From Mycobacterium sp. (GTDB lineage: Bacteria > Actinomycetota > Actinomycetes > Mycobacteriales > Mycobacteriaceae): a stretch of DNA of 64,000 nucleotides. Positions within the stretch are counted from its first letter, which is position 1, and every line of letters begins with the position of its first letter. Positions 28,244-37,000 of this stretch are shown in pieces. The translations under genes and the position numbers were made by a program. The stretch lies in NCBI GenBank assembly GCA_025963385.1, contig JAOPUT010000283.1, forward strand, positions 5,865 to 69,864, given 5' to 3'. The notes under the pieces are model-generated. The model did no database searches, was not told the origin of the DNA, and saw only the letters and a list, made by a program, of their open reading frames with translations.

Positions 28244-29353
28244 CTACTGTGTCGCAGTCGTGGCCGCAATGACCGGACTTTGGATGCCGTACAGCTCGGC
28301 GGCGTTGCGCCAGCACAGTTTGTCGCGTTGTTCGGCGGTGTAGCTGGCAGGAACCATCAGCTCGTTGCATTGCCAGTGCGGATAGCTCGACCCGAACATC
28401 GTCATGTCGTCCTTGCCGGTGAAGCCCGCCCACTCGCTGGCGAACGGGGCATCGCCAGGGCCGTCGAGATCGCCCTGGACGAAGAACACGTGGCCGGGCA
28501 GGTAGTCGCTCGGCATTTTCGGCGCCCACGGCGTCTGCTCCAGATGCGGGCGACCGAAGCAGTCCATCCGCCAGATGAACGGCGTCAGCAGGTCAGCCGC
28601 TCCGTCTGCCCAGACGAACTTCAGGTCCGGCAACCGCTCGAACACGCCCTCGGCGATCATGTTCATCAGGTGATAGAGGTAGTTCAGCGCCATGAAGCCG
28701 AGGTACTGCTCGTAGGTGCGGGTGTTCCCGGACGGCGTCGGCGCGGCGGACACGCCCGAGCCCACCTCGATGTGTACTGCCACGGGAAGACCGGCCGACA
28801 CCGCGGCCTCCCACAGCGGCCAGAACTGCGGCTTGCCGTAGAGGTCGCCGGACTGCAGCGGGACGCCGATCTGCACGACCCGCGGATGGTCCTTGTACTT
28901 GTCGATCTCGCGCAGGGCACCCGCGATGTCGCTGGGATTGACGCGGATGGTGCCGCGGAAGCGATCTCCGAACTCGCCGTCGAGCCAGCGCGTCACCATC
29001 ATCTCGTTGTGTCCCGAGGCGATCGCCGTGCCCAGATGCCGGTCGGGCATGATGCCGCGGGTCATCGGGTGAAGGATCGCGACGTCGACGCCGCGCCGGT
29101 CGAACAGCTCCTCGGCCACCAGTTCGGGAACCGAACCCGGGTATTGCCGGTCGGGGCCCGTGCTGCCCTTGACGTACTCGCCGCCGGGGGCGCCGTACCA
29201 GTCCATCTCGTAGTCGGGAAAGCCGCGGCTGCGGAACGGCTCGCGCATGAAGTTCTGCCGCAGGTCCTTGTTGGACTGGCAGAAGACGTGCACGCTGGCG
29301 TCGATGACGGGCGTCAGCGATGTGCCGCCCGCCCCGTCACGCAGTTCCTTCAC
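28244..29353 (-). CDS. Amidohydrolase_2-fold protein with degenerate ligands (candidate beta subunit)
   Basis: DASVH, VH, WADG and SSYPHW; acidic ligands replaced relative to the neighbouring paralog. Confidence 0.83.
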   Translation of the reverse strand: MKELRDGAGGTSLTPVIDASVHVFCQSNKDLRQNFMREPFRSRGFPDYEMDWYGAPGGEYVKGSTGPDRQYPGSVPELVAEELFDRRGVDVAILHPMTRGIMPDRHLGTAIASGHNEMMVTRWLDGEFGDRFRGTIRVNPSDIAGALREIDKYKDHPRVVQIGVPLQSGDLYGKPQFWPLWEAAVSAGLPVAVHIEVGSGVSAAPTPSGNTRTYEQYLGFMALNYLYHLMNMIAEGVFERLPDLKFVWADGAADLLTPFIWRMDCFGRPHLEQTPWAPKMPSDYLPGHVFFVQGDLDGPGDAPFASEWAGFTGKDDMTMFGSSYPHWQCNELMVPASYTAEQRDKLCWRNAAELYGIQSPVIAATTATQ

Positions 29354-29413
29354 CGAAATCCGTCCTCACGTGGTTCGTCCAGCCGACGGCCGGGCCGGGG
29401 TCAAACCTCAGTG

Positions 29414-29450
29414 TAGATCCTTGTTCTTCATTCGCAAGAACAATGTTCTC
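29414..29450. promoter_or_regulatory. Tandem GAGAAT-N3-ATTCTC-type operator
   Basis: TAGATC-CTT-GTTCTT (29414) and AAGAAC-AAT-GTTCTC (29436). Confidence 0.55.
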
Positions 29451-29537
29451 CAGCGGTTCGCTTAGATCTGCGCTGGTAGGAGTAGGTGCAGGTCAGTCGC
29501 TTCGGGATTGCGCAGCGGAACGACGTAGCGAAGATGA

Positions 29538-29573
29538 GAGAACGGTTGATCCACTAACGAGAATGCTATTCTC
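29538..29573. promoter_or_regulatory. Tandem GAGAAT-N3-ATTCTC-type operator
   Basis: GAGAAC-GGT-TGATCC (29538) and perfect GAGAAT-GCT-ATTCTC (29559). Confidence 0.7.
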
Positions 29574-29606
29574 ACAACACACGACGACGAGTCTGGAGGC
29601 GGCGGC

Positions 29607-30608
29607 ATGCTGTTGGAGTTCGATGCTGATCAGCGGCTGTGGCAGGACACCGTGCGCGACGCCGTGGGAAAGCAGTGCCCGGCATCGCTGGTCCGCAGCG
29701 TCGCAGAGGACGGCGCCGACGCGTCACCCCTGTGGAAGCTGTACGTCGACGCAGGCTGGACCGAGCTGACCGACCCCGAGAACGCCGTCGAGCTGGCGAT
29801 CGTCCTCGAGGAATTGGGCCGCGCCACCGATCCCACCCCGTTCCTCGCCACCCTGACCCAGTTCGGCCCGCTCGTCGGCGATCGGTTCGATCCCCAGAAG
29901 GCGGGCGCTGCGGTCTACAGCGGTGTCAGCGCGGTCCGCGATGCGCAGGGCTGGGTGCTGACGGGCACCGACCGCTTCGTGCTGGACGGCGACCGCGCCG
30001 AACGGCTGGCGGTCGTCACACCCGCAGGCGTCTTCCTGGTCGACGCCGTCGACGACCCGGCGGTCACGACCCGTCGCGTCGACGTCTTCGATCCCGTCCT
30101 TCACGTCGCCGAGGTGTCGCTGCTCGGCGTGCACGTCGCCGATGCGGAACGGTTGCCCGCGGATCCCGAAAGAGCACGCCATGTCGCACTTCTCGGGATG
30201 GCGATCACGATGGTCGGGGCATGTCAACGCATCCTCGACCTGGCGCTCGAGCACGCGAAGAACCGTCACCAGTTCGGCGTGCCGATCGGGTCGTTCCAGG
30301 CGATCCAGCACAAGGCCGCCGACATGCACGTCGCGATCGAGCGGGCGAGGGCGCTGTCCTACTTCTCGGCGCTCACGATCGCTGCCGACGACCCGCGCAG
30401 GCGGTTGGCCGCCGCGATGGCCAAGGCCTCGGCAGGGGAGTGCCAGTCCCTGGTCTTCCGACACGGCCTGCAGACGTTCGGGGCCATGGGTTTCACGTGG
30501 GAACACGATCTCCAGTTCGCCCTCAAACGCGCCAAGGCCGGTGAACTGATGCTCGGTGGCGCCGCCGAGCACCGGGCGATGATCGCAGCCGAATACAAGG
30601 AGTTCTAG
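29607..30608 (+). CDS. Acyl-CoA dehydrogenase, short subunit of a probable heteromeric pair
   Basis: 333 aa; RHQFGVPIGSFQAIQH and GAMGFTWEH motifs. Confidence 0.88.
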   Translation: MLLEFDADQRLWQDTVRDAVGKQCPASLVRSVAEDGADASPLWKLYVDAGWTELTDPENAVELAIVLEELGRATDPTPFLATLTQFGPLVGDRFDPQKAGAAVYSGVSAVRDAQGWVLTGTDRFVLDGDRAERLAVVTPAGVFLVDAVDDPAVTTRRVDVFDPVLHVAEVSLLGVHVADAERLPADPERARHVALLGMAITMVGACQRILDLALEHAKNRHQFGVPIGSFQAIQHKAADMHVAIERARALSYFSALTIAADDPRRRLAAAMAKASAGECQSLVFRHGLQTFGAMGFTWEHDLQFALKRAKAGELMLGGAAEHRAMIAAEYKEF

Positions 30609-31801
30609 TGCAACTTGCCTTCGATGCCGACGTCGAGGAGTTCCGCGCGGAGTTCTCCGCCTTCCTCGACGAGCACCTCCCGACGCCCGCCCAGACGATC
30701 GAACGCCCACGCTCGGTGTCACACATGCCGCAGTGGGCCCGCGACTGGCAGCGCCTGCTCTTCGACAACGGCTGGCTGCTGCCCGCCCAGCCGCCGGAGT
30801 TCGGCGGCCGCAACGCGTCGTTGTTGCAGACCTACGTCCACGCCGAGGAGCTCTGCAGGCGACGGATCTACCACAGCTTCAACCCGCAGGGCGTCAACAT
30901 CATTGCGGCGTCACTCATCTCGTTCGGGTCGGACGAACAGAAGCAGCAGTGGGCGGTTCCGGTGCTCAAGGGTGAGCGCACGGCATCGCTGGGTATGAGC
31001 GAGCCGAGCGCCGGCTCGGACCTCGCCTCACTGCGCACCAGAGCGGTCCGTGACGGCAGTGGCGAAGGTGCGGACTTCATCGTCAACGGGCAGAAGGTCT
31101 GGACGTCCGGTGCACACGATGCCGACTTCCTGCTCACCTTCGTCCGCACCGATCCCGACGTGCCCAAGCACAAGGGCATCAGCGTGCTGCTGATACCTAC
31201 CGACCTTCCCGGTGTGGTGTGCCGTCCCTTCGCGGACATCTGCGGCGAGGAGCACAAGGACTTCAACGAGGTCTTCTTCACCGACGTCCGGGTGCCTGCC
31301 GAGAACCTCGTCGGTCCGCTCAACGGTGGCTGGGGCGTAGCCAACGGGTCACTCGGCCACGAACGCACCATGATGTGGTTGGGCTTCGCGGACCGAATCG
31401 CCAACTCAATCGCCGACTTTCGGCCCACCAGTGAGCTCGAGCGCGACGAGTTGGCCAGCACGATCATGGACTATCAGGCGCTGCGCTTGCTCGGCTCGGT
31501 CGGTCTGGCCAAGGCTGCTCGCGGCGAGGTCGACGTGGCGTCGGTGTCGATACCCAAGCTGCTCGGCTCCGAAGCCGAGTTGCGGGCCGCGAGCAACTGC
31601 CTCGCGGCGGCGGGGCCGGACGGGCTGGTGCACCCATCGATGTCAGGCCCGTACGCCCACATGAACCTCGACCATTACTTCGCCAGCTGGTTCGAACGCT
31701 TTGCGCGCAGCTTCTCGGGCACCATCGCGGGCGGCACGTCGGAGATCCAGCGCAACATCATCGCCCAGCAGGTGCTCGGCCTTCCGCGTCCGCCGCGCTG
31801 A
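30608..31801 (+). CDS. Acyl-CoA dehydrogenase, catalytic subunit of the pair
   Basis: MSEPSAGSDLASL, GQKVWTS, LGHER and IAGGTSEIQRNII motifs. Confidence 0.92.
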   Translation: MQLAFDADVEEFRAEFSAFLDEHLPTPAQTIERPRSVSHMPQWARDWQRLLFDNGWLLPAQPPEFGGRNASLLQTYVHAEELCRRRIYHSFNPQGVNIIAASLISFGSDEQKQQWAVPVLKGERTASLGMSEPSAGSDLASLRTRAVRDGSGEGADFIVNGQKVWTSGAHDADFLLTFVRTDPDVPKHKGISVLLIPTDLPGVVCRPFADICGEEHKDFNEVFFTDVRVPAENLVGPLNGGWGVANGSLGHERTMMWLGFADRIANSIADFRPTSELERDELASTIMDYQALRLLGSVGLAKAARGEVDVASVSIPKLLGSEAELRAASNCLAAAGPDGLVHPSMSGPYAHMNLDHYFASWFERFARSFSGTIAGGTSEIQRNIIAQQVLGLPRPPR

Positions 31802-31816
31802 CCCGTTCCCACTTCC

Positions 31817-31999
31817 CGCGAGCGTGCGTGTCTGCGGGCCTCCGCTCGGCGTGTCGTGCGAGTTTACGCACGCTCGCGTGCTGCGAGTGCGCGCGGTAAA
31901 GCGCTGCGGGATTCCATGTCTCGCAGCGACGCGAGCCGGCGAGCGTGCGCAAAGTCTGGTTTTCCTTCGGCGTTTCGGCCGCAGACACGCACGCTCGCG
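31817..31999. repeat. Nested palindromic REP-like element between convergent genes
   Basis: Perfect 21-bp terminal IR CGCGAGCGTGCGTGTCTGCGG (31817-31837) / CCGCAGACACGCACGCTCGCG (31979-31999), plus internal copies at 31866-31878 and 31939-31949. Confidence 0.8.
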
Positions 32000-32014
32000 C
32001 AAATAGGGGGAGCG

Positions 32015-33382
32015 TCACCAGTCGATGACCGCGGATTCCTTGCGCTCGGTGATCGGGCGGGCGAGCTCCTGCTCGTTGCAGATCCGCTGAAGGTTCTCCA
32101 GCGTCTCGTCGAGGCTCAGGCCCAGCCGCTTGCCGGGGGTGAACGTCGCGGGCAGGTGCTTCATGCCCTGGATGACGCCGATGCTCTCGTAGTGCTCGGC
32201 ACCCGCGGGGTCGCACACGTAGTCCGGCATCCGGTCGAGCACCGCGGTGAGCATCGACTTGAACACCGTGCGTGCCACGTTGGATCCGACACAGCGATGC
32301 ACGCCGATACCGAAGCTGAAGTGCCGGTTGCCCTTTCGGTCCATGATCACCTCGTTGGGCTTCTCGAAGACCGACGGGTCGCGGTTGGCCATCGCCCAGG
32401 ACAGCCAGAGTCGCTCACCCTCCTTGAAGTGGCGTCCGTCGACCTCCACGTCCGCGGCGAACGTCCTGCCGTCGCCCGGCGCCGGGGTGAAGAAGCGGAG
32501 GAACTCCTCGGTCGCGGGGTGCAGCAGCGTGTCGCGCTCCCGGCTGAGAAGTTCGCGCTGGTCCGGATTCTCGGACAACCATTCCAGGGCGTGCGCGGTG
32601 AGCGCCGTCGTGGTGTCGAACCCGCCGCCGATCACCAATCCCAGGTTGCCGAGGATCTCCAGGTCCGGCGCGGGCTCACCGTCGATGCGCAACTCGAGCA
32701 ACGCATTGACCAGACCCGGTCGCGGGTTCTCCCGGATCTCCATCATCGTGTTGATCATGTCGATGCCCATCTGCCGATTCATCTCGGCGACGCGCGGGGC
32801 GTCGGGCGAGTGCTCCGGGGTGGACACGCCTGCATGGGCGGGCTCGCTATAGATGAGCCACTTCTTCAGCTCGATGCCCATCATCGCCAGCGTGAGCACC
32901 GCGGGCACGATGTTGGCCAGATCGTCGACGAAGTCGATGTGCCCCGTCTCGATCTTCTCGTCGAGGGCGGCGCGGGTGATCTCGTCGACGAACGGGACCC
33001 ACCGCTTGATCGCGGCGGGAGACAGGTACGGATTCAGCGCGCCGCGGTACGTGCTGTGCTCGGGCTCGTCCATCTCGAGGATGCCGCCGCGCACGACCGT
33101 CGCGCGCTGGGCCTTGGGGATGGTGATGCCCTGGTAGCCCTTGCGTTCTCCGTGCAGGTCGTGGTCATTGGAGATCACCGGACAGCGGGCGAGTTCGAAC
33201 ACCTCGTTGCTGCCCGCGGCGACCCAGTGGCCGTCGTACACGTCGGTCCACGCCACCGGGCACTTGGCGTGCATCTCCTCGGTGATCTGCTGGAACTGCT
33301 CCCGGTACTCGGGGGTGTGCCGGTCGAAGTGGTAGGAGTTCTTCTTGCGCTCGTCGCCTGCGGTGACGTCGTCGATGCTCAC
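32015..33382 (-). CDS. Cytochrome P450 (tentatively CYP188-like)
   Basis: GGFDTT, EEFLR and FGIGVHRCVG motifs. Confidence 0.93.
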   Translation of the reverse strand: MSIDDVTAGDERKKNSYHFDRHTPEYREQFQQITEEMHAKCPVAWTDVYDGHWVAAGSNEVFELARCPVISNDHDLHGERKGYQGITIPKAQRATVVRGGILEMDEPEHSTYRGALNPYLSPAAIKRWVPFVDEITRAALDEKIETGHIDFVDDLANIVPAVLTLAMMGIELKKWLIYSEPAHAGVSTPEHSPDAPRVAEMNRQMGIDMINTMMEIRENPRPGLVNALLELRIDGEPAPDLEILGNLGLVIGGGFDTTTALTAHALEWLSENPDQRELLSRERDTLLHPATEEFLRFFTPAPGDGRTFAADVEVDGRHFKEGERLWLSWAMANRDPSVFEKPNEVIMDRKGNRHFSFGIGVHRCVGSNVARTVFKSMLTAVLDRMPDYVCDPAGAEHYESIGVIQGMKHLPATFTPGKRLGLSLDETLENLQRICNEQELARPITERKESAVIDW

Positions 33383-33413
33383 GGCGGTGTCTCCTAGTTG
33401 TTGGCGTGCAACG

Positions 33414-33605
33414 TCATTGGATGACGATGGCCTGTTCGGGGCATGAGTGGGCGGCTTCGGCGACGGCCGCCTGCTGATCGTCGGGCACCACCTCGGAAAC
33501 CGGCGACGCGTGACCGTCGACGTCGTCGAGTTCGAACGAGTCTGGCGCGATCATCGAGCACAGGGTGTGGCCCTGGCATCGCTGCCCGTCAACTGAAACC
33601 TTCAC
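33414..33605 (-). CDS. Ferredoxin (CxxHxxC...CP)
   Basis: CQGHTLC...SCPEQAI. Confidence 0.9.
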   Translation of the reverse strand: MKVSVDGQRCQGHTLCSMIAPDSFELDDVDGHASPVSEVVPDDQQAAVAEAAHSCPEQAIVIQ

Positions 33606-33624
33606 AGTCGCAACCCTTTCCGTC

Positions 33625-34485
33625 TCAGATGTGGTAGTCGTACCACTTCAGGTAGCCGCCGCCGTCGACCCGCATCTGCATCCCGGTCACGTACCGCGCC
33701 TCGTCGGAGGCGAGGAACAGGATCATGTTGCTGATGTCAACGGGTTCGATGTACGGGATCTTCATGGCCTGCTGGACACCGAACACCGGCTCGGCGTCGG
33801 CCCTGGTGGGCTTCTCGAGGTCGGGCCGGAACGAGCGGTACATCGGCTCGCTCTGCAGCATGTCGGTGTTGCAGTTGGTCGGGTGCACGACGTTGGCGCG
33901 GATCCCACGCGGAGCGAGGTGAGTGGCCAGGTCATAGACGTACCCGGACAGTGCCCGCTTGGACGTCAGGTATGCCACGCCGCCGAGGTCGGTGCCGGGG
34001 TTGTCCACCTTGGCGACGTCCATCAGCGCTGCGGTGGATCCGGTCGCGATGATCGAGGCGCCCTCGCCGAGATGGGGGAGCGAGACCTGAATGGCGTTGA
34101 TCGTGCCAACCAGATTGGTGTTGATCACGTCGCACCAGGCGTCGATCTGAGGTTCACCCTTCATTCCCGCGATGCCTGCCTGGGCCACCACGATGTCGAG
34201 CTTGCCGAACTCGGCGATGCCCTCGTCGAGGGCGGCCTTCAGCTGAGCGGCCTCCCGTACGTCGGCCTTCGCGGTGACGATGCGCTGACCGGTCTTCTCG
34301 ACGTACTGGGCCGTCTCCTCGAGATCCTCGGGGGTGGCCAACGGGTAGCCGATGGAGGCAATGTCCTCGCACAGGTCGACGGCGATGATGTCGGCGCCCT
34401 CTTCGGCCAGCCGGATCGCGTGGCTGCGGCCCTGGCCGCGCGCCGCGCCCGTGACGAATGCGACCTTGCCTTCAACGCGTCCCAT
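33625..34485 (-). CDS. Mycofactocin-coupled-type SDR oxidoreductase (carveol dehydrogenase-like)
   Basis: TGAARGQGRSHAIRLAEEGADIIAVDLC with the insertion loop; YLTSK; HPTNCNTDM. Confidence 0.88.
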   Translation of the reverse strand: MGRVEGKVAFVTGAARGQGRSHAIRLAEEGADIIAVDLCEDIASIGYPLATPEDLEETAQYVEKTGQRIVTAKADVREAAQLKAALDEGIAEFGKLDIVVAQAGIAGMKGEPQIDAWCDVINTNLVGTINAIQVSLPHLGEGASIIATGSTAALMDVAKVDNPGTDLGGVAYLTSKRALSGYVYDLATHLAPRGIRANVVHPTNCNTDMLQSEPMYRSFRPDLEKPTRADAEPVFGVQQAMKIPYIEPVDISNMILFLASDEARYVTGMQMRVDGGGYLKWYDYHI

Positions 34486-34539
34486 GGGGTTGTCCTCTCG
34501 TCTGCCAGATCGTTTGAGTGATTGCTCCGCGCGTCCGCG

Positions 34540-35241
34540 TCAGGTGTTGCGGCCGCCGTTGACGCCGAGGATCTGCCCGGTGATGTAGCCGGCCTCTTCG
34601 GAGATGAGGAACGAGCAGGCGGCGGCGATGTCCTCGGGCTTGCCGATGCGTCGTACCGGGGTCTGCTCGATGGTCTTGTCGATGTCGCCGAGGAACCCTC
34701 GGCTCTCGGCCTTGCGCAGCATCGGGGTGTCGATGAACCCGGGCGGCACGGCGTTGACCGTGATGCCTGCCGGTCCGTACTCGAGCGCCAGGCTCTTGGT
34801 GAGTCCGTTCACCGCCGACTTGGCCGACACGTAGTGCGACATGTACGGCGTGCCCGAGTGGGTGCTCGACGACGAGATGTTCACGATGCGACCCCAGCCG
34901 GCTTCGATCATGTCGGGCAGCACGGCCTGAATGCAGTGGAAGACGCCGTGGAGGTTGACGTTGACCACGCGCTGCCACGTGTCGAAGTCGATGTCGAGGA
35001 AGCGCTTGAAGCCGTCGAGGCCCGCCGCGTTCACCAGAATCGTGACGGGGCCGAGCTGGGTGCGAATCGCATCGAGCGCCGCATCGACGGCGGCCCGATC
35101 GGTGACGTCCGCCGTGAAGGCGAACTCCTCGTCGGAGGGATTCAGGTCGAGCGTCGCGACGTGATATCCGTCGGAGCGCAGCCGGTTCGCGATGGCCGCG
35201 CCGATGCCAGAACCGCCTCCTGTGACGACGGCGTTCTTCAC
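34540..35241 (-). CDS. Classical SDR oxidoreductase
   Basis: TGGGSGIG, YVSAK and VNAVPPGFIDT motifs. Confidence 0.9.
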   Translation of the reverse strand: MKNAVVTGGGSGIGAAIANRLRSDGYHVATLDLNPSDEEFAFTADVTDRAAVDAALDAIRTQLGPVTILVNAAGLDGFKRFLDIDFDTWQRVVNVNLHGVFHCIQAVLPDMIEAGWGRIVNISSSSTHSGTPYMSHYVSAKSAVNGLTKSLALEYGPAGITVNAVPPGFIDTPMLRKAESRGFLGDIDKTIEQTPVRRIGKPEDIAAACSFLISEEAGYITGQILGVNGGRNT

Positions 35242-35276
35242 TGCTGAGCCTCCACGGGGCGGTCGTTGGAATCGTT

Positions 35277-35312
35277 AAGAATACTGCTTCCGATTATGAG
35301 AACCGTACTCTC
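35277..35312. promoter_or_regulatory. Tandem GAGAAT-N3-ATTCTC-type operator
   Basis: AAGAAT-ACT-GCTTCC (35277) and GAGAAC-CGT-ACTCTC (35298). Confidence 0.6.
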
Positions 35313-35405
35313 GGATCAGGCAACATCGCAAGCCAACTAGCCGATCGGTTCGCCTGCATCAGTGCTCGTCGCATGGTCGTCAACGCTTTGACTAGGTGAT
35401 CTACG

Positions 35406-35464
35406 CTTTCTTGTGTTCTCATCGGGCGAATGTATGATTCGCCGGTGATGAGAATGAAATTTCC
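35406..35464. promoter_or_regulatory. Triple GAGAAT-N3-ATTCTC-type operator (22-bp period)
   Basis: CTTTCT-TGT-GTTCTC (35406), GAATGT-ATG-ATTCGC (35428) and GAGAAT-GAA-ATTTCC (35450). Confidence 0.55.
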
Positions 35465-35479
35465 ATCACACTGAGGAGG

Positions 35480-37000
35480 ATGATGGGCCAGACACCGACG
35501 ATCTCCACTGACGGGCACGCAGAATCGAGTGCGCAAGCACCTCGATCGAACGCCGATCGGCACATGCTGATCGACGGAAGACTCGTCGAGACCGAGCGGA
35601 CCTTCGCCTCCTCGAACCCTGCGACCGGCGAGGTGCTCGGACACGCTCCGGACGGCACCGTCGCCGACGCCGAGGCCGCCGTCGCGGCCGCGCGTCGCGC
35701 CTTCGACGACGGTCCGTGGGCGACCGATGTCGAGCTGCGGATCAGGTGCCTCGAGCAGTTCCATCAAGCCCTCCTCGACCACCGCGACGAACTCGGCGCA
35801 CTCACCACCGCGGAGGTCGGCGCCACACCGGCGCTCCTGGCCGGCGCCCAGCTTGATCAGCCCATCCAGATCGTCCGCTACTACGCGGATCTGCTGAAGA
35901 CCTTCCCCATGACCGAGGACCTCGGCAACATCGAGATCCGCGGAGCGCAGCACCACCGCTGGGTCGAGAAGGAGGGCGCGGGCGTCGTCGCGGCCATCGT
36001 CGCCTATAACTACCCGAACCAGCTCGCGCTGGCGAAGCTCGCTCCCGCGCTGGCCGCGGGATGCACCGTCGTGCTGAAGGGTGCGCCGGACACGCCGCTC
36101 GTCACCCTCGCACTCGGTGAGCTGATCGCCAACCACACCGACATTCCCGCGGGCGTGGTGAACGTGCTCAGCTCCTCGGATGCCGAGGTCGGCGCCGTAC
36201 TCACCACGAGCCCCGACGTCGACGTCGTCACCTTCACCGGGTCGACGCCGACCGGTCGGCGGATCATGGCCGCCGCGAGCGAGACGGTGAAGCGCGTCTT
36301 CCTCGAACTCGGCGGCAAGTCGGCCGCCATCGTCCTCGACGACGCCGACTTCGGCCTTGCCGCGATGTTCTCCGCGTTCAGCATGGTCACGCATGCGGGG
36401 CAGGGCTGCGCGCTCACCTCACGCCTGCTGGTGCCGCGCACGCACCACGACGAGATCGTCGAGATGATCAAGACCAACTTCTCCCACGTCCGCTATGGCG
36501 ATCCCAACGACCCGAAGACCTACATGGGCCCACTGATCAGCGAGCGTCAGCGCGACAAGGTCGACGGCATGGTCAAGCGTGCGGTCGAGGCAGGCGCGAC
36601 CCTGGTCACCGGCGGCGAGAAGAAGGACCCGGGATACTTCTATACCCCGACGCTCCTGACCGACGTCGACCCGAACAGTGAGATCGCCCAGGAAGAGGTC
36701 TTCGGCCCCGTCCTGGTGGTGATCGCCTACGAGGACGACGACGATGCCGTCCGCATCGCCAACGACTCGATCTACGGACTCTCCGGCGCCGTCTTCGGAA
36801 GCCAGGAGCGGGCGCTGGCGGTGGCCCGCCGGATCCGCACCGGCACGTTCTCGATCAACGGCGGCAACTACTTCAGCCCCGACAGTCCGTTCGGCGGTTA
36901 CAAGCAGTCCGGCATCGGCAGGGAGATGGGCGCGGCGGGACTCGAAGAGTTCCTCGAGCGCAAGACCCTCGCGACCGTCCTCCCCGGAGCGGACGCATGA
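35480..37000 (+). CDS. Aldehyde dehydrogenase
   Basis: FTGSTPTG, LELGGKS, GQGC and EEVFGPV motifs. Confidence 0.93.
   Translation: MMGQTPTISTDGHAESSAQAPRSNADRHMLIDGRLVETERTFASSNPATGEVLGHAPDGTVADAEAAVAAARRAFDDGPWATDVELRIRCLEQFHQALLDHRDELGALTTAEVGATPALLAGAQLDQPIQIVRYYADLLKTFPMTEDLGNIEIRGAQHHRWVEKEGAGVVAAIVAYNYPNQLALAKLAPALAAGCTVVLKGAPDTPLVTLALGELIANHTDIPAGVVNVLSSSDAEVGAVLTTSPDVDVVTFTGSTPTGRRIMAAASETVKRVFLELGGKSAAIVLDDADFGLAAMFSAFSMVTHAGQGCALTSRLLVPRTHHDEIVEMIKTNFSHVRYGDPNDPKTYMGPLISERQRDKVDGMVKRAVEAGATLVTGGEKKDPGYFYTPTLLTDVDPNSEIAQEEVFGPVLVVIAYEDDDDAVRIANDSIYGLSGAVFGSQERALAVARRIRTGTFSINGGNYFSPDSPFGGYKQSGIGREMGAAGLEEFLERKTLATVLPGADA

Noticed and set aside
29559-29573. GAGAAT-N3-ATTCTC as a KstR, Fur or IdeR box
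   Set aside because: KstR is TnnAACnnGTTnnA (2-bp centre), Fur-type boxes are 7-1-7, and the IdeR consensus is unrelated. The centre here is consistently 3 bp.
31817-31999. CRISPR array or IS element
   Set aside because: The repeats are inverted rather than direct and spaced, and there are no cas or transposase genes.
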